Shown here piece after piece: positions 24,807 to 38,661 of a stretch of 64,000 bases of DNA (position 1 is its first letter; the number at the start of each line of letters is the position of its first letter). Both the position numbers and the translations under genes were made by a program. The stretch spans positions 11,284,001 to 11,348,000 of the forward strand of contig CM106586.1 of the NCBI GenBank assembly GCA_048013815.1, read 5' to 3'. Origin of the DNA: Setoptus koraiensis (Eukaryota > Animalia > Arthropoda). The notes below the pieces were generated by a model. It searched no databases and had not been told where the DNA came from. It was given only the letters and a program-made list of their open reading frames with translations.

Positions 24807-26417
24807 GCGAGCAGCCAAACTAACAGAACAGGTTGAAGTGACAGCGATTGTTGCAAAGGCCAATCTATTTGCATGTTGTTGTTGTTTACAATGATGATAG
24901 CGTTGCGTCATTTGCGCTTCGTGCCATGCTGTTGACCGGGCAGCGCCGGCACAATGCGCATAACGCATAACGGACGCTCGCTGGCACCTGTTGCTCGTTA
25001 CAGAACAGTAGCCACAACAGTGGGCCAGCCAAGTGGCCAGTCAGCACTGGCAGCACTGCTGCTTGTTTATGCTTACGCAACACTGCCCAACAGGTAACGG
25101 CGCTCAGGTGAGCCGCTCGGGCGAGCTGCATTCAACGTGACGGTGCTCATGTAACGGTGCCTGTGTGACGGTGCCTGTGTAACGGTGCTTACGTAACGGA
25201 CACCAGGTGAGACAGAAAAAGAAACAGATCATTGGCTGGCGAACACGAGCAGCGCGCCCGCCACAACCGCTGCACCTGTCCGATAGCGACAGTCAGCATG
25301 ACGGCCGGCCACTGATCAATGATGGTCGCTGGTGCCGCCGGCCAGCGGCGTCAGCCAACAGCAGCCGGCAACAACCAACGGCCAACAACAACCAGCGACA
25401 GCCAACAGCGGCCAACAACAACCAGCAACAACCAGAAACAAGCGCCAGTCATCGGCACATCCGACCCGAAGACGATTCCGACTGGCGGGCAACTTTGTTG
25501 TGACCAGCGTCTTGCCAGCGTGCGCTGTCTTGCGATGCGCGCGCCATCATCGCGCCATTTCTCACTGAGAAGTTCTCAGAAATGTCAAAAGGTTGTTGTT
25601 CGCTTCGCGTTCGCTCGACACACGGCAAATTCGCGCGAATTCGCCCACAAAACCGCGCGAATTTGCCCACAAAACCGCGATCAGCTGGCGACCAGCGTTA
25701 GTCGGGCGCGGTCTCGCCGGCCCGTCACTCAGTCGGTCGATCATCATGGGCTGATCAATCACAGTAACGATCGATTGCGCTGAGGCTCGCACATCCATGC
25801 GAGCCCCGCCGTCCACAGCCAACCGGTTATCCAGTGTTCTCAGAAATGTCCAGTGTGGATATTTCTGCTGATTTCGGACTATCCACTGTGCATATTGTCA
25901 GAAATATATTCCACATATAAGGCAGCCTGCGCACTGTGTCCCGTGACACCATCAAGTTGTTGCCGGTTGTGCGCACGTGACACCCTGTCACGTGGACGGA
26001 ATACGAGATAGGTGATTCGAATTGACATTTACCCGAATTAGGCTTCTTACTTGAATCGGTGTGACCGTGAATAGTGCACCTGACACGCTATTCACGAGCG
26101 ACGAGATGCGCAATGCGTGAGCATGATGTGCCAGTGATGCAACCAAGTTGACTCTTGATTTAATTCGATTAGCTCGATTAAATCAAATTTATTTAATTTG
26201 AAATAGAGTCTAATCGAGTTAAATGGCGCCAAGTGCATGATGCAAATTGGTGGCGTGACGCTGCATGGTTGCGTCAATGCGATATGATGCAGATCGCTAT
26301 GGGCGGCGCCGCCTTGCGCGACCATAAATCATGCGTTCGACCGGCCTGAACTTGGCCGGTTGTTGTTGGCATTCGTTGATTGGCGGCCAGTTTATATCAG
26401 TTTAAATTAGTTTACAT

Positions 26418-26418
26418 T

Positions 26419-26477
<59 letters not shown>
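26418..26477. repeat. (CA)n microsatellite
   Basis: About 30 dinucleotide units. Confidence 0.95.
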
Positions 26478-26479
<2 letters not shown>

Positions 26480-27758
26480 GTTGGCAAGCTAAGATTGGCG
26501 AGCTAAGATTGGCAAGCCAAGAATCGCAGCCAAGAATCGCAGCGAAAAATCACAGCTGAAAGGTGTTCAGGTATAGCGAGAGCGGAGTGGCGAGCACAAT
26601 GAGACTGCTTTCGTTGATTTGTGAACGCACACAAACACAACGAGTGGTGAACAGCCGATGACGTAACCAACAGCAACAACGGCAACAGCGGCAACAACGG
26701 CAACAACAACAACGGCAACAACAACGGCAACAACAAGCACCGGAGGCGACTCTCGCTCTCGCTCTGATGATAATTAAGCAGTAAGATGATATTAATGTGA
26801 ATGACCGGATAAGTGCTCGGCGTGTGTGTGTGTGTGTGTGTGTGTGTAATTCATTCAGAGCCAGCCATTGGCCAGTCGGTGCGGAGCGGGTCTGGCCGGG
26901 CTTGAGTGTGTGCCGCCGATCGGCAATCGTCATTGTATTGGTGCGTGTACGATATTAATACGGCGCTCTTACGTAACTAGCCTCGCCCCTGTCGTGTCCT
27001 GTTGCTGGCAGGCTGCGAGTCACAGTTTGTTTGCGTTGCCGAGTCGGCTGGGCCGAGCGTTATTGGCACTATTGGCTGGCATTGGCGCCGACGACCACAC
27101 CAGAGCCAGCCAGAGCCAGCCAGAGCCAGCCAGAGCCAGCCAGAGACGAGCGAACAGAAACGGGAGGCCTGAGGGCCGAATCAGGTCGCGAGCGACGCTG
27201 GCACAAGGTTGAATTTAAGGTGTCTTGCTTTTTATTATTTTTGAATTGTCACAGCCGGTGCCTATCCGATCGCACAGCGTTGTTATTAATTATCGGCCCT
27301 TGTTTGCGCCATTAATTAGATTAGACACACACACACTTGCATTCAAATTCATGATTCAATGGTTTGCCCATGGCTTGCCAGTGGTTAGGCCAGCCAGTGG
27401 CTAATGATAGGCATGCACAGTGGCGACATTGAAGCAACTTTGTGTCGCGCCAGCAAGCCAACAACGCCGACAGTAACAACAACTCTCAATCGAGCGCTCT
27501 AATCACTAATCACGCTGATCACTAATAACAGTTATTTCATTATCACACCATCTCGACTTTCTCAACATTCAATATTCAATATCCACCCGTGAATGCGCCC
27601 CATCAAACCCAATGCGATTGTCCCATTGTATGGCCATGTCCAGTCCTGGCCAGGATACTGTTCGTGGAGCGGCTCAGGCAAATGGACTTGTTGCGCCACA
27701 GTTAGCAGCACGCAACATATTCACACGCACAGAATTGGTCATTTAGACCGCACACTGT

Positions 27759-27791
<33 letters not shown>

Positions 27792-29828
27792 AATTTAGCT
27801 AACCAATTTAGCCACCAATTTAGCCAATTGATTGGGCCGAGCAGCAGTCGACAACAATCGGCACAACAATAACAATAATTGGCTCACATAACAGCATCCA
27901 CGCGTGAACATTGTTGTGGCCGGCAACTCGTAGCGCCGGGGCCCCAACAAAACAACGAGCAAACACCGAACGGCAGTGTCAATATTTGTCGATTTGCAAA
28001 TTCGCCGAGCAGCAACAATTTTGCAAATCAGCAATCTCGCAGACAACGATAAGCAACAACAAGCAACAACAACAACGACAACGATAAGCAACAACAACGA
28101 CAACGATAAGCAACAACAACAGCATCAAGCAACAACAACGACAACAAGCAACAACAACAACGACAACGTTAAGCAACGACGAGCAACAACAACAAGCGAC
28201 AAGACAACAGCAATAAAGGCGACCAACGAAGAGAGAATCGCCGACGAATCAAGCGACCACGACAAAGAAGCCAAAAGAAGCAACCAGAAAAGAACAACAA
28301 GTGTCCATTGTGCGTGTCACTTTCGCTGAAACGATCGGCATGCGGCCAGAAGAGGCGACCAGCATCCATTGAGCACCGAGCGTCAATTGTTGTTGACTCA
28401 TTATATTGACCCATAAATTCCTGTCTGTCCCACAGTGGCCCTATTAGGCATTATTGAAGCGAGCGATGTCAAAGCTGACAAGCCTACAATACAAGCAACC
28501 TGTTGCAGTCTGTGTGCGTCTGTCAGCGCTGTTTGTCTGACTGTTTGATAAAAGCTGATAAAAGACCAATTTGGCTGCTTGCATATGAAATTTTATTTCT
28601 ATTTTTTTTATATATGAATTGGCGTAAAATTATTTTATTTGGCCCATCGTCGCAACACACCATTCAGCAGCCATCGACGCGCAAACACTGCGCGCGCTCA
28701 TCGGCATACCGACGGCCTCCACCTACAACAACAGCCAACAACAACCGACAACAACAGCCGACAACAGCAACATCCAACAGCAACATCTAACAACAACAGC
28801 AACAGCCAACAACAACAGCAACAGCAACAGCCAACAACAACAGCAACAGCCAACAACAACAGCAACAGCCAGCAACGACTCACCTGTCCGCGTGAGTCCG
28901 TTGCAGTCGCCGAATAATCGCCGGCTTTGTGAAGTGAAAGTCACAGCCAGCGAGAGAGACTTGATGAGCATTATTATCATATTATATTAGGCAAACACAC
29001 GTTGCTTGTTGATTGCTATTATTCAGTTGGCAGACGGTGGCGACAATCGACAATTCATTATCATTGCACAACACACAATGGCGGCGCTGATTTATGTCCC
29101 TCGTTGAGGCATTGTGTTGCGCATCGCACTACTAGCAGCCATCATCGGTACAGCTCATCGTCTTGGCTTGTGTTCAACGCTGGCGATAGGCACACAATGC
29201 CCAACTAATGCCCACGCGGTGCCCAGATGATACTGGATAGTGCCAATTTGGATAGCACCAACTTGGATAATACAAGGGGCCAACAGCGAGTTGTGCGAGT
29301 TGCGCGAGTTGCGTGAATTGCGCGAATTGTGCTAGTTGTGGCGAGACCGCATCACCTTAGCTCGGCCGATTGACTGGAAATCGATAATTATTTAATTGGT
29401 CAATCAGACATCTAGACCGTGATCAGGTGATCGAGCAATTGCATTGTGAGGCTGTATGCGGGTGGCTCAACTCGTGGCAAGCGACAAGTAAGCACGAGCA
29501 GCCGACAACCGACAAACGACAACTGACAACCAACAGCTGACAACCAACAGCTGACAACCGACAGCTGACAACTGACAGATCATCATCGTTGCGGCGACAT
29601 TGATAAAATCAGCGACAGCGGCACAATACGAGGAAGTGACACACGATTAATTAATAATTAATTGTTACTGTTAGATGCGCCTCGAGATAACAGTGGACAG
29701 CCACTGATGCGCACCTATGCCAAGTGTTTGTTTTGCCGATGCCGTTCTCAATTGTCATTTATCAGCGGGTGCGATAAGCGCAGCGAGTGAGCAAACAAGC
29801 AGCAATCGACAGCAACGCGCCAATCAGG

Positions 29829-29945
29829 CCGATCGAGCCAACAATAGCAATCGAGCCAATAGCAGCAATCGAGCCAATAGCAGCAATCGAGCCAATAGCA
29901 GCAATCGAGCCAATAGCAGCAATCGAGCCGATAATAGCAATCAAG
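29829..29945. repeat. 18-bp minisatellite (AATCGAGCCAATAGCAGC) ~x6
   Basis: Tandem copies seen directly. Confidence 0.9.
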
Positions 29946-32105
29946 CCGCGACACGGCAAACAGTGGCAGCCGCGTGCCTAGTGTTTGACAGCGGCCAAAC
30001 AAAGCGCCCAAGAAAGATCGCTGACAGTGATAGTGGTTACGTCAACGTTATTAACAAATATCATCAACGCAAAATGTCGGCGCGCCACAGCAACCGGATG
30101 ATGCTTTTTTAAGCGTTGCACAAGGCGATACCACCCAGCGGCAGCATTTCGAATATCTCTCCCACACACTTCAGCCATTTCAGTTATTTCAGCTATCGAA
30201 GTTATTTCAGCCATTTCAGTTATTTCAGCTAGTTTTTTCAGCATTTCATCATTGCTCCAGCCTGAGCGTTTTTCAGCATTTTTCGGCAAACACCGACGAC
30301 TGGCAAGCTCAGCTGACACACTCAACTGGTCGCGGGCGGCGGCAATCAGTCGACAATATCGCGATGCTATCGACACTTTGAAGCGACGTTGACGTTGCGA
30401 TCGACACAATTGACTTTCGGCGAGCGACGACAAGCGAGCGACAGGCAACGGGCCAACAAGTTGCGATAAAGCGACTGATATAACGAGTTGCGCGAGTTGC
30501 CCTTCAAAGCCATCGGCCGACTGGCGCGCCGCTTCGAGAAGACAACGCGAAGCCAATTTTTGGCTCGTTTCAGCCTGTGTGTGACACTTGTGTGAGCGTT
30601 GCTGAATCGCATATTATCGCATAGTCGCATAGATTTTGGCTGGCAAAGTGGGCAAGCGGCACAGTTTATCGCGTTGGTGGCGCGTCTAGAATTGGCCTTT
30701 GATGGGCTTTTGCGCGTTGCGATCATAACTTATCGCCACAACAACGCCAACAACAATTGAAATAATAGGCAAGATATAATAATAGTGCCATCGCAACGGA
30801 CCAACACACACACACCAGCCACAGATAAGATAAGCGGCGGGCTGCATTTGCATGTTGTCGTTGGCACGACAGCCACACACGGCAGCCGACAGACGAGCCG
30901 GCCGACAGACGAGCCAGCCAGCCAGCCGATAGACGAGCCAGCCGGCGAGCAAACAAGCGGCGCTTGGCAAACAACAAACAAGGTGTCATATCAAATCTAA
31001 TCGCGCAGCGAGCCGACGAGCCGCAGCCCGACAGCCGCAGCCCGACGCGACCGAGCAGCCGACGAGCTCAAGAGGCGGCCACGGCCAGCGACAGCCAGCG
31101 ACAGGTGACAAACAACAGGTGAGGAGCAGCAGGCAGCGACAAGTGTCAGTCGGCGACAGGTGAGCGCAGCGGCAGCCTGAAAACTTTTTCGCAATCTCTT
31201 CGCAGTCTCGTCGAGTCTTGTCAGCTCGCGCGCTCGTTGCGTTACGCTGGCACTCACAGCAGCGCCGGCGGCATAGTTAGTCCACTACTACAAATACACA
31301 AACACAAAACTTATTAGTTTATACATAATTTACACACATGCAACAATTTGAATATCGCACCGCCAGCCCTTAGCGTATAGCCCACAGCCCATAGCCCATA
31401 GATCACCGACTGGCGATAGATTGCCGATAACGCGCAGCGATAATCCCCACCACAGAATCAGTCAGTCAGTCAGTCGGTGAGATTAGACCTCAGATCGGCC
31501 GTTGGGTCGCTGCAAACGCCGCAATTGTCGATACGCCGCAATTGTCGATACGCTGCAATTGTCACATACACAGTGCGCGCTTGTTGGGCCAGATTACGCG
31601 CTGCCAGCCAGACGCGGGGATTATGACAGATTAGCGGCAGCAACCAAATATCCAATAGCCCATCGATAACGAATCAATAACGAGATGCGCGCAATGTTGC
31701 CAATTTAATCAAATTACCAGCCCAGCCAAGGTGACGGGCCTGCGATCGCACCGGCCGACCGTGAGCGCCACCAGTCAGTCGCAGCAAGCAGCAAACGGCA
31801 AACAGCAAACAGCAATCGTCGAGCAAAGAAAATCCCAACAAAAACACACAAAACGCCAACAGACACAGCAAGTGCCCCGAGTGCCGCCGTCAAGTGGCCA
31901 GCGGTTGCGATAATCAGCGCGAAGCGCAGCAAACGAACACAACGAACACAACGAACACAACGAGCGAACACGACAAACAAACAGCGAACACATTCGAATA
32001 AAATAGAAAGTGTCACAGCGAATCAGTGTCGCGATATGACCAGTTAGCCGGGCCAATCAATCGTCAGTCTTATTGGCGCCCGATTAGCATTTTCGCGAGC
32101 CCACA

Positions 32106-32219
32106 ATGGCCTCGGCGACGCACAATCGCAAGAGCTCGCTGGCTCACTTCGACACACACATCATCATAGAGCACCAGTCCAACAATCAAGACCAACAGAC
32201 ACCCAACGCAACAGCAACC

Positions 32220-32251
<32 letters not shown>

Positions 32252-35200
32252 CGATAATAACAATGATAATTATGCGATGCAGCTACACGACTTGCACGAC
32301 ATTCAAGATTTCCTCGACGCGCACCACGAGACATCGGACAGTGAGCCAGTGTCGCAACAGCAACAGCAGCAACAACAACACACCAATTACGACTGCTCCA
32401 GAGCTATCGACGACGACTATTATCTACTAAATTATTATCCCATCGCACAACACACCAGCGCCAGCGGCAGCAAGCCAGTGACGGGCGCAATTGATGCAGC
32501 GGGCGCCACCAACAAACCGCCAGTTGACACAGTGAAACATTCCAATGGGGCCCAATCACTCGCAAATCAAATAGAGCGGCCAGACAACGACAATCTTGTG
32601 AACCACAAGAGCCGACACAAACTCGAACAACAACACCAACAACATCCGCAACAGCAGCCAATGTCGGCCGCTAATTACTGCAACCGGCAACAATTAATTA
32701 AGCCGAGCGACGCTATGCTAAAGAGCAGCACAAATAAAACCACCAAGTCCAACACCGGCGCAACAGCCACAGCTACCTCAGTTGCCAGCATGGCAGACAG
32801 CCAACAAAACAGGCCAATCAATAGTTTAGACGTGCCAGATATGGGGCCGACGTTCAAAGGCGAGCACAACAACAACAACAGACAGGTAGCAAACGAGAAC
32901 GGCGCCAACAATTATGCGTCAGGCGCGCATAGGTACCAGCTCGATCAGCATGCCAACCGCATAACAGCCGAGAATAACAATAACAGCAGCAGATATTGTC
33001 ATGCAAGCCAGATATCAAAAATGTTGTTTGATTGCTCGCCGCGTCAAAGTTACAACAGCAACAACAACAACAACAACAACAACAACAGCAACAACAACAA
33101 CAGCGGCAACAACAACAATAAGCATCAATTGTATCACGAGATAGATTCGTCGTTTGGTCTCGCCGAGGAGAGCAGTCCCTTCAGCAGTGGTAAGTCATTA
33201 ATTAGGCTCATTTGCATGCGCTGCTACATTATTGCGTCATTATGATCATTACAAGACGGGTGGTGGGTTGTCGAGCGTTGCCGTGTTGAGTGTAGTCGCG
33301 TGGGCGCGCTAGCTACTTAATTAAGGCCACCGCGTTGAGACCTAATGCCTAATTAGCGACAATTAGCCGGACCGCGTCGGTTGCGTCGGTCGCTTCGGTT
33401 GCGTCGGTCGCGTCGGTTGCGTCGGTCGCTTCGGTTGCGTCGGTCGCTTCGGTTGCGTCGGTCGCTTCGGCTGCGTCGGTCGCTTCGGCTGCGTCGGTCG
33501 CTTCGGCTGCGTCGGTTGCGCCGTTTGAGTCAGTTGCGTCGGCCGCATCGGTGAGACAACAACGCCAACAATCATCTAAAATCAAGTGGCGATAAATAGA
33601 CGAATGTGTGTCAGACGAGGTGCCGAGTTGACGGCGCACAAGCGAGCACTTTTGCCGGTTAGCTGTCGTTTGTGATCGTTGGCCATGCTCGGCCATGCTC
33701 GACTCACACTGTCGCCGATCACAATTGCGACATTGCCGGAATTTCGCATAGTGACACTTATCGAGGGATTGCATGTTTGTAAGTTTGTCAGTTCTATAAT
33801 TACAAGTCAAATTTTAAATTGTTCTAATGTCAGCTCAAATACAATCGGCGTGATTAATCGGTGGCGAGCCTGATGCGATTATGTAATATGCGCAAGCACG
33901 ACCACGACCACGACAATGATGCGAACAACAAATGTAAACATTGACAGTAGCTCACTGTCAGTGGCAGCTCGCGAGTTTAGCTGCGTCTCTCAACGTCAAT
34001 TGAGACACGGAGCAAATGCAATTACCTAAAATGATTGCTCCTATTCCATCCCACTGTTAGAGAGAAAGAGAAGGAGGCCCGAGCGTTAAAGAGCTCGAGA
34101 GGCAGTGATCAGCTCGCAATAGTGAAAGAGAGAAGGTCATCAAGTGGATGACATTTGGCCACTGTCGTAACCAGTTTACCTGTCAGTCATTATCGTGCGC
34201 TGTTGGCAAGAAAGCAGACTGCAGCTCATTGTTGACTCATTAAACGACTTGCCGAGAGTGGCTCGTAATGGTGATAATCGCAACGAGCCATTGATAACAA
34301 ACGCTCTATTCAGCTCTACGCGTCTCTGTCAATTGTGATTACTAATCAACTTGCTGCTTTGCTGTCTTTGTCTCTGTTGTCTCATTTAGGTTCGGATCGC
34401 GAATCTATAGTATCAAACACAAGCACGTGCACTGTGCCACAAGAGCGACTAGCCGTCCGACTGACGCCACAATCACATGTTGTGTCATCGATATCGGCAT
34501 TAAACAATCTGCTAACTAATGACAAACGTGCCACTGCAAATAATCACCACGATAGTCAGAGTTATGATTGCGATAAACAACAACAACAACAACAGCACCG
34601 ACTAACGTCAATTCGCGTCGACATGCATCACGACGAATATCAGCAACAATTTGACCGGCAACAGCAACTGCAATCGTCGTCGTCGTCGTCATCATCGTCG
34701 TCTTCGTCGTCGTCGTCGTTGTTGGGCAACAATGCCAATGACGCAAATGGTCGCATGCAAATTCAATTAGGAGCTAATATGTGTTCGACAATAGCAACAA
34801 GCAACAGCAACAAAAAACATCATTCTGACACTGCTGACACCAGTTACCAAAGCAATGGCTACACCAGCCCTGACACACACACAACAACTACAACCGACAA
34901 CAACAACAGGTTAATTACGGAGGATAATGTTAATTACGAGCCATCGTCTTCTGTCGCAGTCGAAGAGGCGACAGTTGGTGACAACGACAGTCAGCAGATC
35001 AAAACAAAGCCACATGACACCCTACTGACGAATCGCCTTCGACACCAGCCAGCTACGACAACCACAATTCATCATCAACAACAATCTTTGTATCATCATG
35101 ACGATGGCGCCAGAAAGCAGCTAGCTAGCGTGCAGCATCAACAGCAAGCGGCATCATCATCGCTCATCATGATGGAAAGTGGTGACGAGCAACGGTTTAC

Positions 35201-38118
35201 AATCGGCGAACAACAACAACAACAACAATTGCAATATCACAATGACAACAACAATTGTTACACAAGTCACAGGTACAATTTACAAACTGTCACAAATTGC
35301 ACTGGACCAGCTCAGCATCATCATCAACATCAGCATCATTTCATGTCGTCGGCTTTGGATCAGCAAGACCAGGAGGACCAGCACGAGGACAGTCTGTTGT
35401 TGACGCATCAAGATCTAATGATGCAATCGTTAAATGAGACACACAACACAGACAAAGACAGTGACTACATTGGCTCTAGTCCGGTATTTATTTTAAATGA
35501 TTTCAATGATACGATTGTTGACAACAGCAGACATTGTAACCATGACAACAACAATCATAGACAATCATTCGACAACTTATTTGAACACAAACAACACACG
35601 CCAAATAATAACAACAACGGAGATGATCATGATGACGATCAAGATGACAAAACACAACAAAAACATGCCAATAAACTAAACAGCTTGCTTGACCAGTCAG
35701 GCCAGCATTACCAGCAGCAGCAGCGGTCGTCGTCTATCGAGCCGAGGCTACACCAAGATTATCAACACAAACAATTGCTGACCAACGGTAAATGTTTGAG
35801 TGATATAGGCGCGATTATGCAAAATAAATTGTTGTCGCCACACTATGACGATGACTTCATGCTAGATGCTGATAATAAACGACACGATGAACAAATCAAC
35901 TATAGTCAGGATAAATATGATCAAAGGACCATGTTCGATCAGCAACACAATGTTTACCTCAATCATCACCTAGAACGTCCGTTGTTGTCCATGTCGGCGG
36001 GCACATTGTTGTCTAGGAATCAAGATAATAATAGTAATTCACTAATTAAATTGGCAACAAGCAGCTCTTCTCTCATTATAAAGGGCGACCCAGCCGGCAG
36101 TTTGCCATTGATTGGCACGGACTATGACGACCATGTGATACATTCAGACACAGGCACTGCAACCATGTTGGAGGAGGCCAAAACTAAATTGGAGACACAC
36201 AAACAACAATCTGTGGATATCATGATTAGACACAACCACTATTGTCATCAGTCATTCGAACAACCGGGCGACGATAATAACAATAATACAAATATATCGC
36301 ATCAGCAACGATTGACGGGTGATGGCCAATCAATTGGTTCTCTCAACAACAACAGCACTAACAACAACAACAACAACAACAACGATTTAGACGGGCAACA
36401 AGCCAACAATCTGATCGATGATGACACCATTGTGATAGAGGGCGAGAATGACTTGGTGAGATTCTCAAATAACAGCACTAATCAATCGCGTCACAACCAC
36501 CACCACCACCACCACAACCACCACCACGATGATGATTTAGGCGTACAAACTAGTTACATGTCACCTATGACCGTTGTTCAAAACAAGCTGCAACAACAAT
36601 CAACAAATGACCACCTACATCATTCACAGCATCATTATAGCAACCACCATCACAACCACCACCACCACCAACATCAACACGATGCAACATCACCTGACGA
36701 AACGACAGCGACAGCATTAATTGATGACGCTAATCATCATCATGCGTCTGTTGATTGTCAGACAGCATCTCAACAACGGCCGCCTCATCACTATGAACAC
36801 CTCAACAATCAACATCAGCAACATTACCAACAACATTATTATCAATACCAGACAGGATATCATCACGATTTGCACCATCACGAACAACAGGATCACCATC
36901 AGTTGACCGTGTTGGACCAGCATCAATATAATAATAACAATAATAATGATATGCAGCATCAAATAATTAGATTAGAACAACAACAACAACATCAACAACA
37001 GGCAACCTCAACGACAAATAGTGGCAATAATAATTCTGCTGTTGACACAATGAACAAATTATCCCCAAACAATAACAGTATTCAGAGGCGCGGGCAGATG
37101 GCGCCAGTGGCCTATAATACCAATGGTCAAACGGCATTGAGTCATGACAACAGTGCCAATTTTCACTACTGTCATCAGAATGATACACACATAGGTGGCG
37201 CCACCAATGACCACAGAACACCGTCATCGACATCAATATCAGCAACCACCATAACAAATCAACACCAACACCACCACCATCAACAACAACAACAACAACA
37301 ACATCATCATCATCATCATCTACAAACTAATGGCCAATCACAACAATTAAAGGGTGTCAATAATAATTACAATCAGAACAACGATGGCAGTAAATTGTCG
37401 TTGACGCAATCAATTCAAAACGACAACTCAAACCCAGCCAATCATTATATAGATCAGCAACAACAAACAAAACTAGGCCAACAGCCGGTCAAGTATCCTA
37501 TAAAGGGGCGTCGGGGTAGGCCTCGCAAAAAGGCCTTGCGTATAAAGAGTAGGTATCGATTTGAGACCATATAATAATGAGATTATTGGCTAACCATTAT
37601 GATGGCGTAACCTTAGCAGTAAATTAATTAATTTATTATTATCATAATATTTTATACATATCTATTTGCAGATAAAGGCAATGGAAAGTTGTGGGAATTC
37701 ATCAGAGATCTACTACTAAACGATCAAACCAATCCCAGCTACATTAGATGGGAAAGGAGGGAGGACGGTGTGTTTAAGTTTGTCAAATCGGATCAAGTGG
37801 CTAGGATGTGGGGCGAACGAAAACAAAATCCAAAAATGACCTACGAGAAACTGAGCAGGGCCATGAGGTAAGTCTCTTGAACATTATTATTATTATTATC
37901 ATTATTATTATCGTTGTTAGCTATGAATTCGTCACTTACTTAAATCATCCACTACTACCTACTGCTACTACTTCAGATACTACTACAAGAGCAAGGTGCT
38001 CCTTCCGGTGTTCGGTCGCAGGCTAGTCTACAAGTTTGGACCTCATGCAAGCGGATGGAGGTTGCAACCGAACAATTTGCATAATCATTCATCTCAGCAT
38101 CAAGAGGCTCCAAATTGA
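32106..38118 (+). CDS. ETS transcription factor, ESE (ELF3/ELF5/EHF)-like, ~1,526 aa; exons 32106-33189, 34390-37548, 37672-37867, 37977-38118
   Basis: Spliced ETS domain KLWEFIRDLLLNDQTNPSYIRWERREDGVFKFVKSDQVARMWGERKQNPKMTYEKLSRAMR|YYYKSKVLLPVFGRRLVYKFGPHASGW. All junctions are GT-AG and phase-consistent (1,1,2). AT-hook-like GRRGRPRKK lies just upstream of the ETS domain. The 5'-most exon assignment is less certain than the ETS exons. Confidence 0.85.
33374..33520. repeat. 18-bp intronic minisatellite (GCGTCGGTCGCTTCGG(T/C)T) ~x8
   Basis: Tandem copies inside the first ETS intron. Confidence 0.9.
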
Positions 38119-38661
38119 CCAACTATGAAGTGTGCAGAAATTTTGGTTTCTCTACGCCGGAACAATTACAATTAGCAACAGTTTATCTATCCTTAATTAA
38201 TTATTATCATTACTATATCATCATTAATGCCATTGCTATTATTGCCCCATCAATCACTATCATATTATTATTACGATGATTATTGATTTTACAATTACTA
38301 CAACTATTAATGTCAACATGATTGGATTTGACCAAAAGATTGAAACCTACACAACCCACAAAACTTAAGAAGCAAAGCTATTAAACTCCTTTATCTGCAA
38401 AATATGTTGAATGCTCGTTTTGGTCATACATTTACGATATATAAGTGTACATTTTCTTAAGTCTAGCTAGATACATATAATTTTTTTTTTTTTTGTGACT
38501 AGTTACATTTTCATTGATTGCATATTGATAGTAGTTATAACGAATCTTTCTCCGTCACGTGCGACAGTTTCGCAACTGATACTTTTGAGTCCACATTATG
38601 TTGTTTGCACGACTAGACAAATGATTAATTAGGATTTATTTTGTTGTTTGTTGTATGAAAG

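Noticed and set aside
20500-32000. Many 60-225-aa ORFs, including 21834-22508 with YTTIYQ repeats
   Set aside because: They overlap in several frames and are driven by micro- and minisatellites; no domains or splice-consistent models.
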